A stretch of DNA of 64,000 bases from an uncultured virus (IMG/VR IMGVR_UViG_3300028373_000196) (IMGVR_UViG_3300028373_000196); one strand, 5' to 3'; counted from the first letter of the stretch, positions 1 to 9,501 are shown. Numbers and translations: made by a program. The notes: a model not told the origin generated them from the sequence alone.

Positions 1-156
1 TCAGGAGTAACAGCAAAAGAAGTATGGTCCAGAGATAAAATTAAATTAGAAGAAGCAAAAAAACGTGGATTCGATGTAATGGTAGTGTGGGATAGCCACT
101 ACACAGCAAATACTAAACTAGTAGAACAACAAATATTAAAATGGTGGAACGAATGA
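1..156 (+). CDS. 3' end of a Vsr/DUF559-like (putative homing) endonuclease, partial
   Basis: Frame 1 is open from the window edge: ...AKEVWSRDKIKLEEAKKRGFDVMVVWDSHY...KWWNE*. This resembles the C-terminus of Vsr-like endonucleases. TGA at 154-156 overlaps the next ATG (ATGA). Confidence 0.65.
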   Translation, partial: SGVTAKEVWSRDKIKLEEAKKRGFDVMVVWDSHYTANTKLVEQQILKWWNE

Positions 157-380
157 AAGATAAATTAATCAAGATATTATCAGCAAACACTAAAGAGGAA
201 GTTGCTGTTGCAGTAAAGGACTTCCTGGATGGGGTTGGATCTAAGAAACTAAGTCTATCTCGAGGCAAAGTTAAAAGAGTTACTAGAGTTCAAAAAGCTA
301 ACGACGAATACGTATACGACATAGGAATGAAAAATAGTAGTCAGCCTTGGTTCTTTGCTAACAACATCCTAATCCATAAC
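153..380 (+). mobile_element. Split intein C-terminal fragment (IntC)
   Basis: Intein block F/G motifs YVYDI...WFFANNILIHN are followed by Ser+1 (TCG at 381). There is no N-terminal intein half in this ORF. Confidence 0.85.
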
Positions 381-1235
381 TCGGTGTATTTCAGTGCGTA
401 CAACATGTTAAAAGAAGATATCGATGCAGGAAAAGTACCCTGGGGTATTGACAGTGTTATTAAACTGTATGATCAGATAGCTGAAGAGACCAACAAGTCA
501 TTTCCGGCGTTCATGGGCGCATCATTTCATTGTCCAAAGAAGCGTGCCGAAGTTATTGCAGCAGGTAGAGAAATTGTTGCAGAAGCAGGATTATTCATTA
601 CCAAGAAAAGGTATGCAGTGCTAGTAGTCGACAATGAAGGCGAACGCAAGGATGTTGACGGTAAGCCAGGAAAGATCAAAGCACTAGGACTTGATCTTAA
701 AAGATCAGACACTCCAGTGTTTATGCAAAAGTTCCTAAGTGAATTATTGACTATGGTACTTCTAAAGCACCCAGAGCAAGACGTTCTAGATGCAATTATT
801 AAATTTAGAAAAGAGTTCAAGGATCGTCCTGGATATGAAAAAGGTTCTCCTAAACGTGCAAATAATATCCAGGCGTATCAACGCAAGGAAGCAAGTTTAG
901 GAAAAGCAAACATGCCCGGGCACGTTCGAGCAAGTATCAACTGGAATACACTAAAGCGTATGAATGGCGATAAGTATTCACAAGAGATTGTAGACGGTAT
1001 GAAGGTTATTGTTTGTAAAGTAAAGCCCAATCCGCTAGGATATACCAGTGTTGCTTTTCCAGTAGACGAACTACGTCTACCCGAATGGTTTAAAGAGTTG
1101 CCATTTGATGATAATGCAATGGAGTCTGCAATCATTGACAACAAGCTGGATAACCTGATTGGTGTGTTAAACTATGATTTACAAAGCACACTATTAAACA
1201 ATACATTTAGCTCACTATTTGATTTTGGAGACTAG
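153..1235 (+). CDS. polB: DNA polymerase family B, C-terminal fragment, carrying an N-terminal C-intein
   Basis: After the intein end the sequence reads SVYF (second half of motif C, YGDTD-SVYF). It also has KKRYA, GLDLKRSDTP and PGHVRA motifs typical of T4 gp43-like PolB. The likely start is ATG 153 via the ATGA overlap. Confidence 0.9.
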   Translation: MKDKLIKILSANTKEEVAVAVKDFLDGVGSKKLSLSRGKVKRVTRVQKANDEYVYDIGMKNSSQPWFFANNILIHNSVYFSAYNMLKEDIDAGKVPWGIDSVIKLYDQIAEETNKSFPAFMGASFHCPKKRAEVIAAGREIVAEAGLFITKKRYAVLVVDNEGERKDVDGKPGKIKALGLDLKRSDTPVFMQKFLSELLTMVLLKHPEQDVLDAIIKFRKEFKDRPGYEKGSPKRANNIQAYQRKEASLGKANMPGHVRASINWNTLKRMNGDKYSQEIVDGMKVIVCKVKPNPLGYTSVAFPVDELRLPEWFKELPFDDNAMESAIIDNKLDNLIGVLNYDLQSTLLNNTFSSLFDFGD

Positions 1236-1236
1236 C

Positions 1237-1659
1237 ATGAGAGTAGGTATTACGTTTTCAACTTTTGATTTGTTGCATGCCGGACACATTGGTATGTTGC
1301 GCGAAGCTAAAGACAATTGTGATTATTTGATTGTAGGGTTGCAAACCGATCCTACAATCGACCGGCCTGAAACAAAAAATAAACCAGTGCAAACGCTGGT
1401 CGAAAGATATGCACAACTCAACGCAATAAAGTTTGTTGATGAAATTGTTCCTTATCAAACTGAAAGAGACTTAATAGACATACTAGAACTATTTCAACTG
1501 GATGTACGATTCCTAGGAGATGAGTACAAAGACAAAAGCTTTAGTGGCAAGTACCAATGTGAAAGCCGAGGTATACAATTGCACTTTAACAAACGCAATC
1601 ATAGATTTAGTACCAGCAACTTGCGAGAGCGAGTAACAGCAGCGGAGATGACCAAATGA
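1237..1659 (+). CDS. Cytidylyltransferase (TagD/glycerol-3-phosphate CTase-like)
   Basis: FDLLHAGH HxGH motif; LIVGL; R..FSTS C-terminal motif. Confidence 0.85.
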   Translation: MRVGITFSTFDLLHAGHIGMLREAKDNCDYLIVGLQTDPTIDRPETKNKPVQTLVERYAQLNAIKFVDEIVPYQTERDLIDILELFQLDVRFLGDEYKDKSFSGKYQCESRGIQLHFNKRNHRFSTSNLRERVTAAEMTK

Positions 1660-2396
1660 ATAAATTTATATTTGATGTAGATGGAACTCTGACACCAAGC
1701 AGAGGAATGATAGATACCGAATACAAAGATTTCTTTTTATCATTTTGTAAAGATAACGAAGTATATCTAGTAACCGGATCTGACAGAGAAAAGACAATAG
1801 AACAACTAGGCAAACCGATCTACAACAGTGCTGCAATGGTATTCAATTGTTCAGGAAATGATGTTTGGAAAGGTAACCAACATGTTTATTCTAACCCCTG
1901 GAAGATGTCAGCAGCCGTAGTAGACCATTTAATAGAAGTAGGACAGTCTAGTCAGTGCCCTGAAAAGACTGGTAACCACATTGAATCACGGCCCGGGTCA
2001 GCTAACTTTAGTACAGTAGGCAGAAAAGCTAACAGCGTACAGCGCGCTGCTTATATTGAATTTGATAATCGCACGCACGAACGTGAACATATTGTAAAAA
2101 GATTTAACAACTGTTTTGTCACCACAGACAATTGCACAGCCTTAATTGGTGGCGAAACTGGTATCGATATTTCTGAAACAGGCTATGATAAGAGGCAAGT
2201 ACTTAAAAAAATTAAGTTTACTCCTCGCAAAGATAAGCTATTTTTCTTTGGCGACAAGACAACACCGGGTGGTAATGATTATCCGCTTGCTGCTGCAATA
2301 AGAAACAAATCAATCGGTACAGTTGTTTCAATTAAAAAGTGGCAAGACACGTTTGAGATATTATCGTATTACCAGGAGGCCAGGATAGCACAATGA
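1656..2396 (+). CDS. HAD-IIB phosphomannomutase-like
   Basis: FDVDGTLT, VTGSD, GGETGIDI and FFGDKTTPGGNDYP match the eukaryote-type PMM/HAD IIB family. Confidence 0.85.
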   Translation: MNKFIFDVDGTLTPSRGMIDTEYKDFFLSFCKDNEVYLVTGSDREKTIEQLGKPIYNSAAMVFNCSGNDVWKGNQHVYSNPWKMSAAVVDHLIEVGQSSQCPEKTGNHIESRPGSANFSTVGRKANSVQRAAYIEFDNRTHEREHIVKRFNNCFVTTDNCTALIGGETGIDISETGYDKRQVLKKIKFTPRKDKLFFFGDKTTPGGNDYPLAAAIRNKSIGTVVSIKKWQDTFEILSYYQEARIAQ

Positions 2397-3154
2397 TAGT
2401 TATAGCAGGATTTGGATTTGTAGGGCAGGCCCATTATGATGTATTTAAGCAACACAATAATCTAATAATAGTCGACCCACTTCATAATAACACTCAATTA
2501 AACGAATTAGAGAATGTAACGGGCGTAATATGCTGTGTTTCAACTCCGTCTAAAGGTGGCGGTGCATGCGATGTATCAAACATACTTGATGTGTTGTCTA
2601 AAACGCCTGTGGATGCTCCTGTATTGATTAAGAGTACAATTGACCTCAAGGGATGGAAAAAAATACGACGAGAATTTCCAGATCACTTTATAACATTTAG
2701 TCCTGAATTTTTAAGGGCAGTGTCAGCAGTTAACGACTTACTTCTCACTACTCAATTTATACTTGCAGGAGAAAGTGTTATATTCTGGAGAGACTTTTAC
2801 AAGTCTCGAAATAAGAAGTCCGAGTTTTTATTAATGTCGGTCGAAGAAGCTATACTTACAAAATATTTTAGAAATGCATTCTTGGCTACCAAGGTTAGTT
2901 TCTTCAACGAGGTATACGATCTTTGCTTAGAATATGATATTGACTTTGATAGCGTACGGCAAGGAATAACAGACGACACAAGAATAGGAGCAAGCCATTC
3001 ATTTGTTGATCCTGATTATTCTAGAGGATGGGGCGGGATGTGTTTTCCAAAAGATACAAGGGCCCTATTAAAAATAGCCAAGGATAAAAAAATCAATCTA
3101 AATACAATTAATGCAGCAGTTGATTATAATAAGATAGTTCGTAAAAAACCTTGA
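2393..3154 (+). CDS. UDP-glucose/GDP-mannose dehydrogenase family, short form
   Basis: GFGFVG, IKSTI, SPEFLR, KYFRNAFLATKVSFFNE, GWGGMCFPKD. At 253 aa it lacks the C-terminal UDP-binding domain. Confidence 0.85.
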   Translation: MIVIAGFGFVGQAHYDVFKQHNNLIIVDPLHNNTQLNELENVTGVICCVSTPSKGGGACDVSNILDVLSKTPVDAPVLIKSTIDLKGWKKIRREFPDHFITFSPEFLRAVSAVNDLLLTTQFILAGESVIFWRDFYKSRNKKSEFLLMSVEEAILTKYFRNAFLATKVSFFNEVYDLCLEYDIDFDSVRQGITDDTRIGASHSFVDPDYSRGWGGMCFPKDTRALLKIAKDKKINLNTINAAVDYNKIVRKKP

Positions 3155-3179
3155 CTATTAAACAAAACTAATATATAAT
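3151..3179 (+). promoter_or_regulatory. sigma70-type promoter
   Basis: TTGACT-17 nt-TATAAT upstream of a GGAG RBS. Confidence 0.75.
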
Positions 3180-3201
3180 AAAAGTATAAATGGAGACATA
3201 C

Positions 3202-3930
3202 ATGAAAGATATTCTACTCGACATTATAAGCCACACTCACAGCTTGGGCTTTATAACCACACTAAAAGTAACAGCAGAAGATACTACTATTGTTGAAGCG
3301 TTAACAGACGACCGTGCTGTTATTTTAACAGCAGTAACACATGCTCCTGTTTCTGAATTTACCGGGGTGTTTGGTATGCCAGACTTGGGCAAGCTTTCTT
3401 ATCACCTTAAGAATCCAGAATACAAGAGCAATGCAAACATTGAAGTTAAACAGGAAGAGCGAAATGGTGTAAAGATGCCCACACACATACATTTTGAAAA
3501 TGCTGCGGGCGATTTCCAGAACGATTACCGCTTTATGAATAGAGCAATCATTGAAGAAAAACTAAAGAATGTTCGATACAAAGGCAACTCCTGGGATGTA
3601 TCATTTGAACCTGCTGCGGCAAGTGTTGCTCGTATGAAGCTGATGGCAGGCGCGCACCCAGAAGAAACAGTTTTTCAAGTTAAGACAGAAGATGAAAGCT
3701 TGAACTTTTACTTCGGAGACTTAAATACACATGCTGGAAAGTTTACATTCCAGCACAACATCAAAGGATCATTGACTCATACATGGGCGTGGCCTGTAAC
3801 AGAGACATTGGCCATTCTTGGACTAGTTGGTGACAAGACTCTAAGTATCACCAACGACGGTGCTATGAAGATCACTGTCGACAGCGGCATGACAAAGTAC
3901 GATTACATACTCCCAGCACAACAGAAGTGA
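3202..3930 (+). CDS. Probable DNA polymerase sliding clamp (gp45-like)
   Basis: About 240 aa alpha/beta protein ending YDYILPA, near polB. It resembles jumbo-phage clamp proteins as recalled; not verified by search. Confidence 0.5.
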   Translation: MKDILLDIISHTHSLGFITTLKVTAEDTTIVEALTDDRAVILTAVTHAPVSEFTGVFGMPDLGKLSYHLKNPEYKSNANIEVKQEERNGVKMPTHIHFENAAGDFQNDYRFMNRAIIEEKLKNVRYKGNSWDVSFEPAAASVARMKLMAGAHPEETVFQVKTEDESLNFYFGDLNTHAGKFTFQHNIKGSLTHTWAWPVTETLAILGLVGDKTLSITNDGAMKITVDSGMTKYDYILPAQQK

Positions 3931-3938
3931 GATTAAAA

Positions 3939-4382
3939 ATGGACAATTTTGATATTAAAGCTTTTGCTAAAATGCTTGACGCAGCTATTGCATCTGACAA
4001 CCCGGCAGTAAAAAAAGCATTAAAGAACTTTATGATGATTGCTGCTATTGCAGAAACTGAAAAAGATATTTCAGGACCGCTCGAAACGTTGCTTGATCGA
4101 ATGGATGCACTCGAACAAGAACTTCGGACAATGAAGATGAACCCGTACCCCGTCTACCCAGGAGGCTATCCAACTGTTCCTAGTTATCCTAGGTCACCTG
4201 GTTATCCTGGGACCGGGACCCACCGAGGTCCTACATACTCAACCAGTACGTTAGCAACCAGCAGTACATTATCAGAAGATGAGATTGTTGAACTATTATT
4301 AGACCTAAAGGCTGATAGTTACTGGTCTGCCAAAGAAGTAAGCAGCTTAGAGCAGGCATTTAAGGATTTCAATGCAAAGTAA
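3939..4382 (+). CDS. Hypothetical protein with Pro/Gly/Tyr-rich linker
   Basis: ORF fills the gap in the operon; low-complexity segment PYPVYPGGYPTVPSYPRSPGYPG. Confidence 0.65.
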   Translation: MDNFDIKAFAKMLDAAIASDNPAVKKALKNFMMIAAIAETEKDISGPLETLLDRMDALEQELRTMKMNPYPVYPGGYPTVPSYPRSPGYPGTGTHRGPTYSTSTLATSSTLSEDEIVELLLDLKADSYWSAKEVSSLEQAFKDFNAK

Positions 4383-5988
4383 TTTAACCGAAACACAAAA
4401 GGATTATGCTGTGTTTCTGCCTAGCATAAGTGGATTCTACGGCACGTTTATTGGCAAGCAAAGATTTGGGGAGTATGTAGAGCCAGCACGTATTCCCCAA
4501 GGGCTTGGCGAGATGGAAGCCCTTAACTTTTTAAATCCCGACAAAGGTGCATTTAATTATAAATGGGCGCTGTACTCTGCAGGACACGCAGAACTTGATG
4601 TAAACAAGCACAGCGAAAAAGAAGACATGGTTCGCAACAGAGACAGAGAAAACACATGGTTACTAGGCGACTCCGGAGGATTCCAAATCGCCAAAGGACT
4701 ATGGGAAGGCGACTGGACTGACCCGGACTGTCCTAAAGCTGCAAAGAAGCGCGAGCTGGTTGTTAACTGGATGGAAGAGTACATGGATTATGGAATGATG
4801 TTGGACATTCCAACTTGGACATTTCAGGATCCCAAGGCAGCAAATGCAGCGAATATTCATAGTTACCAAGATGCAGTTGATGCAACACATATTAATGCAA
4901 AATACTATATGGCCAATATGCGCGGCAACTTCAAAGTTCTAAATGTGTTACAGGGCAGCAACCATGCAGATGCTGATCATTGGTACAACGAGTTCAAAGA
5001 CTATTCGGATCCTGCAAAGTACCCCGACACGCATTTTAGAGGTTGGGCAATGGGTGGACAAAACATGTGTGATGTACATTTGATTCTGCGCAGGCTTGTA
5101 CATATGATACACGATGGTCTTCTTGAGGAAGGGTTGCACGACGTTATGCACTTTCTTGGTACAAGTAAACTGGAGTGGGCCACACTGCTAACGGATATTC
5201 AACGATCTGTACGCAAGTATCACAACAAGAACTTCATGATTACATATGATTGTGCAAGTCCGTTTCTTGCAACTGCAAACGGACAAATATATCACAGCAT
5301 TAGAATCAAGGACCGCGGCAAGTGGAGTTATATGATGTCTCCGAGTATCGATGATAAAAAGTATTCAAATGATACTAGATTATTTAGCGAAGTGTTTGTC
5401 GAGCGCAAGACTGCTGACGCACACAAGATTGCAAAAAATCAAGCAGAACTTGATCACCTGATACGTAAAATTGCATTCGAAGATTCTCCTATTAGCCGTC
5501 ATTGCTTGGCTAAAGATATTTGTATCTACGCACCTGGCGACTTAAATAAAATTGGTAAAGAAGGTCGTACTAGCTGGGACAGTTTTTCTTATGCATTACA
5601 AATGGGACATAATGTCTGGATGCACATCGAAAGTACACAACGCGCAAACAGAGAATATGACGCCGGTAAATTTCCGTATATGCTTATTGACGAAAAGTTT
5701 GAACGCACTACATTTAGAGATGTAGTTGACGAAGTATTCGGTCTTAAAGATAAAGAGAAAAGCTTGGCTAAGATTGAAGAATATCACAGATTCTGGATGC
5801 AGGTTATTGGAACTCGTCTAAACATCGGCAAAAAAGCTGTTAATGCAAGTACGCAATTTGGCAACCACTTTGATGTAACTGCCGAGATTGCACCAGAAGT
5901 GTTAAGCGAAGAAGAAGCAGAACAATGGATCAAAAAGAAAAAAGAAACGTTTGTTCCTAATTTGCCGGATAATTTATGGGACTTTTAA
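4372..5988 (+). CDS. dpdA: TGT-like DNA 7-deazaguanine transglycosylase (DpdA-like)
   Basis: LGDSGGFQ (TGT catalytic DSGGFQ), MMLDIP, LNVLQG, MHFLG, ITYDCASP. Neighbours include queD-like, folE and queE. Confidence 0.75.
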   Translation: MQSNLTETQKDYAVFLPSISGFYGTFIGKQRFGEYVEPARIPQGLGEMEALNFLNPDKGAFNYKWALYSAGHAELDVNKHSEKEDMVRNRDRENTWLLGDSGGFQIAKGLWEGDWTDPDCPKAAKKRELVVNWMEEYMDYGMMLDIPTWTFQDPKAANAANIHSYQDAVDATHINAKYYMANMRGNFKVLNVLQGSNHADADHWYNEFKDYSDPAKYPDTHFRGWAMGGQNMCDVHLILRRLVHMIHDGLLEEGLHDVMHFLGTSKLEWATLLTDIQRSVRKYHNKNFMITYDCASPFLATANGQIYHSIRIKDRGKWSYMMSPSIDDKKYSNDTRLFSEVFVERKTADAHKIAKNQAELDHLIRKIAFEDSPISRHCLAKDICIYAPGDLNKIGKEGRTSWDSFSYALQMGHNVWMHIESTQRANREYDAGKFPYMLIDEKFERTTFRDVVDEVFGLKDKEKSLAKIEEYHRFWMQVIGTRLNIGKKAVNASTQFGNHFDVTAEIAPEVLSEEEAEQWIKKKKETFVPNLPDNLWDF

Positions 5989-6001
5989 TATGCAAGACAG
6001 C

Positions 6002-6044
6002 ACCTCTAATATCTTTATAATTGTACTATAGAGATATTAGAGGT
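6002..6044. terminator. 18-bp stem-loop after the dpdA-like gene
   Basis: ACCTCTAATATCTTTATA / TATAGAGATATTAGAGGT with one G-U pair and a 7-nt loop; weak U tract. Confidence 0.55.
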
Positions 6045-6108
6045 TGCTTATATGCTTGTTGCTGTGTATAGTAGTATAACGTAGATAAATACCAAAAAGG
6101 ATTTAGCT

Positions 6109-6543
6109 ATGAACAATATAGAAAATATGCGCAACTTAATAGCACTAATCAACGAAAGCAAACAACTGCAAGTTAATCCAGCGTTTGCAATTTCGTTGAT
6201 TAACAAGATATCACCAACAGTTAGAAATGCAAAGGATAAAACAATGGAAGCAGGACTTGGATCAACAGTAGCATTTATTGCAGTGTTTCTCGGTGGAGTA
6301 GAAACCGCAAACATTGGGCCGCTTGATACAAACAGCGCAATAAAAATGAAGCGTCAACTCACACAAGACATTCAGCGCTCATATGATTACAGCCATCCTA
6401 AAGGGTTCACTGACGGAAGTGGTACAATATATCGCATGCAAGACTGGGATATTAATATTGAAACATGTCATTCATCCGAATGCAACAATATTATTGGACC
6501 ACGAATGGATGCAATACGAGCTAGCCGCTCGGTAATTACATAA
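6109..6543 (+). CDS. Hypothetical protein, probably late-expressed
   Basis: Preceded by GATAAATA (6084-6091) and an AAGGA RBS. Confidence 0.65.
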   Translation: MNNIENMRNLIALINESKQLQVNPAFAISLINKISPTVRNAKDKTMEAGLGSTVAFIAVFLGGVETANIGPLDTNSAIKMKRQLTQDIQRSYDYSHPKGFTDGSGTIYRMQDWDINIETCHSSECNNIIGPRMDAIRASRSVIT

Positions 6544-6555
6544 CAAGGTTTTATC

Positions 6556-7068
6556 ATGAAGAGACTATATAATACGCTTATCCCTACTGACGCAGCTACT
6601 ATATTTGCTGGAGTCGAAGTTGAACACACTCCGATGTTTGGACAACCTACACTGTTTGTAGTAGGCTGTCAGCCTCTGGAATATATCATTGAAACAATTA
6701 ACATGCAAGGGGGCGTCCATCAACACGTATACCTAGGGGCAAATCACAGCTTTGCCCCTAATGACCAATGGAACAAGGTAGTGAGCGGATTGCTAGAAGA
6801 CGGACGGTGGGTTACACTAGATTTTGATATCCAGCATGTTGAATGGGTATTGGATAATGGCTGGTCTGAACACAACAAATTTATTGCAATGGTTAGTGCA
6901 AAACTGCCTTACATCGAACAGTTAGGATATAATGCATGTTTAAAACTCGACGACAAGGACTTTAATGCAACCAATCCAGGTGTATGGACCCACCGCATAC
7001 ACAATCTAAAAAATACTGATGTATTTACAGATTGGTCTAAATACACCAAGGATGAAATCATTCGTTGA
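6556..7068 (+). CDS. Hypothetical protein in the deazaguanine locus
   Basis: 170-aa ORF with enzyme-like motifs GVEVEHTP, HVYLGANHSF and KLDDKDF.ATNPGVW. Confidence 0.75.
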   Translation: MKRLYNTLIPTDAATIFAGVEVEHTPMFGQPTLFVVGCQPLEYIIETINMQGGVHQHVYLGANHSFAPNDQWNKVVSGLLEDGRWVTLDFDIQHVEWVLDNGWSEHNKFIAMVSAKLPYIEQLGYNACLKLDDKDFNATNPGVWTHRIHNLKNTDVFTDWSKYTKDEIIR

Positions 7069-7093
7069 CAGATGTTGCAATTGCGTTTATAGT
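7065..7093 (+). promoter_or_regulatory. sigma70-type promoter
   Basis: TTGACA-17 nt-TATAGT. Confidence 0.7.
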
Positions 7094-7104
7094 AGTAGAT
7101 ATCA

Positions 7105-7512
7105 ATGAGGAAATACATTTTGACACAAATAACACCTACTAAAAGTATCTTTGTTCAATTTCGCAAAGAAGGCATACATTTGTATCCCGCTGCTGCTACT
7201 GATCCTAAACTTGCAACCGGCGATTGGGACGATGTAAGTTTTTTAGGACTGCTACACAGACACATCTTCCATTTCAGAGTACGCATTGAAGTCTTCCACA
7301 ATGACCGCGACGTTGAATTTATACAGTTCAAACGCTGGTTAGAGAAGCTCTACAACGAAGAAATGCTCAAACTGGATCACAAGAGTTGCGAAATGATCAG
7401 CGACGACTTGTACAAAGAAATTTCTACAAAGTATCCGGGTCGCTTTGTAGAAATTGAGATCGCCGAAGACGGCGAGAACGGCTCACTAACTTACTATCCT
7501 TCCAACGCCTAA
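7105..7512 (+). CDS. 6-pyruvoyl-tetrahydropterin synthase/QueD-like T-fold protein
   Basis: EGIH...HRHIFH Zn-binding histidines, SCEMI and terminal EDGEN, matching QueD-like H..HxH, (S/T)xE and ExxxN features. Confidence 0.65.
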   Translation: MRKYILTQITPTKSIFVQFRKEGIHLYPAAATDPKLATGDWDDVSFLGLLHRHIFHFRVRIEVFHNDRDVEFIQFKRWLEKLYNEEMLKLDHKSCEMISDDLYKEISTKYPGRFVEIEIAEDGENGSLTYYPSNA

Positions 7513-7526
7513 CAAGGGGAATCTCA

Positions 7527-7715
7527 ATGGCTATTAACAACCCAACTATCAATAAAGTCTTCAACGATCTAGAAGAATTCAAAGATTTCTGCCGATTTGA
7601 AGGTCACGTTTTCAACGAAACGAATCTTTACAAGTCAGACAGCCGAGTATGGCAGGCTTTCACCAAGTGGAAGAACTGGATGAAAGCTAAAGCACGAAAC
7701 AAAGGTAGAAGATAA
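7527..7715 (+). CDS. Small hypothetical protein
   Basis: AAGGGG RBS; TAATG-coupled to the next gene. Confidence 0.7.
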   Translation: MAINNPTINKVFNDLEEFKDFCRFEGHVFNETNLYKSDSRVWQAFTKWKNWMKAKARNKGRR

Positions 7716-8878
7716 TGCGCAAGATATTTTATATGGGTTTAGAAAAATATGAGGGAAGATACACACTTCAGTTAGAAGACTGGAGTAAGAGTGCATTTGC
7801 TCGGCGCGCAGTTGACTGGTATTCAGTACCTGGTGAAACCATTGACAATACCAAGTCTATTCAAGTAGGACAGGTACTTGATGCACACGGTCGCTCATAC
7901 TTTGCTATGAGTCAAATGATGAATCTTGTGCAAATGATGCGCAACGGAGAAGTTACAAGCGAAGACGTTGTGTTCTTTGAAGACATGTTTCAACCAGGTA
8001 TGGAGAGTCTTCCATACATCATGAACCAGATTCCTAAAAGCCAGCGTCCTAAAGTTTGGGTACGTTGCTTGGCGCAGTCTATTGACCCTGATGACTTTGT
8101 GCATGTCTGGGGAATGAACAAGTGGATGAGTTCATACGAGGCGATGTGCAACGACTTTGTTACAGGCGTGCTAGCAAGCAATGAAGAAATGGTTGCTAAC
8201 ATGAAAATTGCAAACTGGACTGCACCCATCTACAACATCAGTGGATTAGCATTTGACAAAGTTGAAGTGCAAGGTCGTGTTGCAGAACGCAAGCCGTTTG
8301 ATGAAAGAGCCAACCGTGTTGTATTTGCAGCGCGCTGGGATCAAGAAAAGCAACCTGGTTTCTTTATGGATCTTGCAGAGCGATATGCTGACAAAGATGT
8401 TGAATTTGCTGTACTACAAGGTGGACCATTGCGTTCCAACAATAGCGATTATGTAAATCGTGCAAAAGACCTTGTTAGAAAAGGTACATTGAAAGTATAC
8501 GAAGATCTAAAAAAGGACGAATACTACGAGATCCTTAATGATAGTCGTGTAATGATAAATAATGCATTACAGGATTGGACCAGCAATACTGTAAGCGAAG
8601 CAGATGCATTGGGTACTAATGTGTTATATCCAGCATACCGCAGCTTCCCTGAGATCTTCAACAACGACCATACACGATTGTATGTTCCGTGGAGTCTTGA
8701 CGATGCTGCTAACAAGCTAGATGTGCTACTCGAAGAGCAGCACGAAAAAGTTGGAGAGATCTCCGATTGGACAGATGGCACTATCGACCGGTGCCTTGAT
8801 ATCATGCAAGGCAACGGCGAGGAATGGAATAGAAACAATCCTCGCTACCGAGACGAAGTCTCTAAGGAGAAATACTAA
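7715..8878 (+). CDS. Glycosyltransferase (GT-B, GT4-like)
   Basis: VVFAARWDQEK followed by Q(D)...SEADALG..VLYP, the E-x7-E-like acceptor motif of GT-B enzymes. Confidence 0.75.
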   Translation: MRKIFYMGLEKYEGRYTLQLEDWSKSAFARRAVDWYSVPGETIDNTKSIQVGQVLDAHGRSYFAMSQMMNLVQMMRNGEVTSEDVVFFEDMFQPGMESLPYIMNQIPKSQRPKVWVRCLAQSIDPDDFVHVWGMNKWMSSYEAMCNDFVTGVLASNEEMVANMKIANWTAPIYNISGLAFDKVEVQGRVAERKPFDERANRVVFAARWDQEKQPGFFMDLAERYADKDVEFAVLQGGPLRSNNSDYVNRAKDLVRKGTLKVYEDLKKDEYYEILNDSRVMINNALQDWTSNTVSEADALGTNVLYPAYRSFPEIFNNDHTRLYVPWSLDDAANKLDVLLEEQHEKVGEISDWTDGTIDRCLDIMQGNGEEWNRNNPRYRDEVSKEKY

Positions 8879-9501
8879 TGCCACAAATGAGAGTTAAAAG
8901 TATAAAATTTGGACTAGCAGTTGGAGATCCTGTACCAAAGCAGGATCCAAAAGATCTCGGGAATGTAGGAAGATATCTAGAACATGTAATACAAAGTCAA
9001 GGCATTGTATTACAGAAAACAGGAATAGATATTCCTTCTCTAAACATGGAAGTAAAGACTCGTAAAAATAGTGCGTTATCAGCATTAACTGTTTGTCGAA
9101 TGCATGTGGACGATATTATATCAACTGATTATAACGATTCACTAGTTTGTCAAAGTGCCGAAAATCTTTTAATTGTTAGATACTGCGACGATGAAAATGT
9201 GGTAACTTCGGTCGAGGTACACAATTGGAATAAGCATTCGTTGGTAAAAGAGTTTATGTCTTCGTCATACGAAGCTGCAAGAAAACTGCTTGCTGCTGGA
9301 ATACATAAAAAAAAGTATTATATCAGAGGCGACAGCACAAACCGTGCTTATTTCGAAAAGGCCAAGCCGAAAAAGAATAAAAAGAATAAAAAGAATAAAA
9401 AGAAGAAGAGTAATATGTATGCGTTTAGATTAGGAAAATCGTCTCTTATTAAAATGGAGAAGTGCAAAAATTCCGGCCTGCATTTGTTTGAGTACGGATG
9501 A
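8878..9501 (+). CDS. PD-(D/E)xK nuclease, MutH/NaeI-like
   Basis: G..GRYLE...GIDIP...MEVKTR catalytic pattern; contains a (KKN)3 insert. Confidence 0.55.
   Translation: MPQMRVKSIKFGLAVGDPVPKQDPKDLGNVGRYLEHVIQSQGIVLQKTGIDIPSLNMEVKTRKNSALSALTVCRMHVDDIISTDYNDSLVCQSAENLLIVRYCDDENVVTSVEVHNWNKHSLVKEFMSSSYEAARKLLAAGIHKKKYYIRGDSTNRAYFEKAKPKKNKKNKKNKKKKSNMYAFRLGKSSLIKMEKCKNSGLHLFEYG
9370..9396 (+). repeat. (AAAAAGAAT)x3 in-frame tandem repeat
   Basis: Encodes KKNKKNKKN. Confidence 0.85.

Noticed and set aside
9370..9405. KKN tandem repeat as a phase-variation tract
   Set aside because: The 9-nt unit preserves frame; it is likely simple slippage in a loop.
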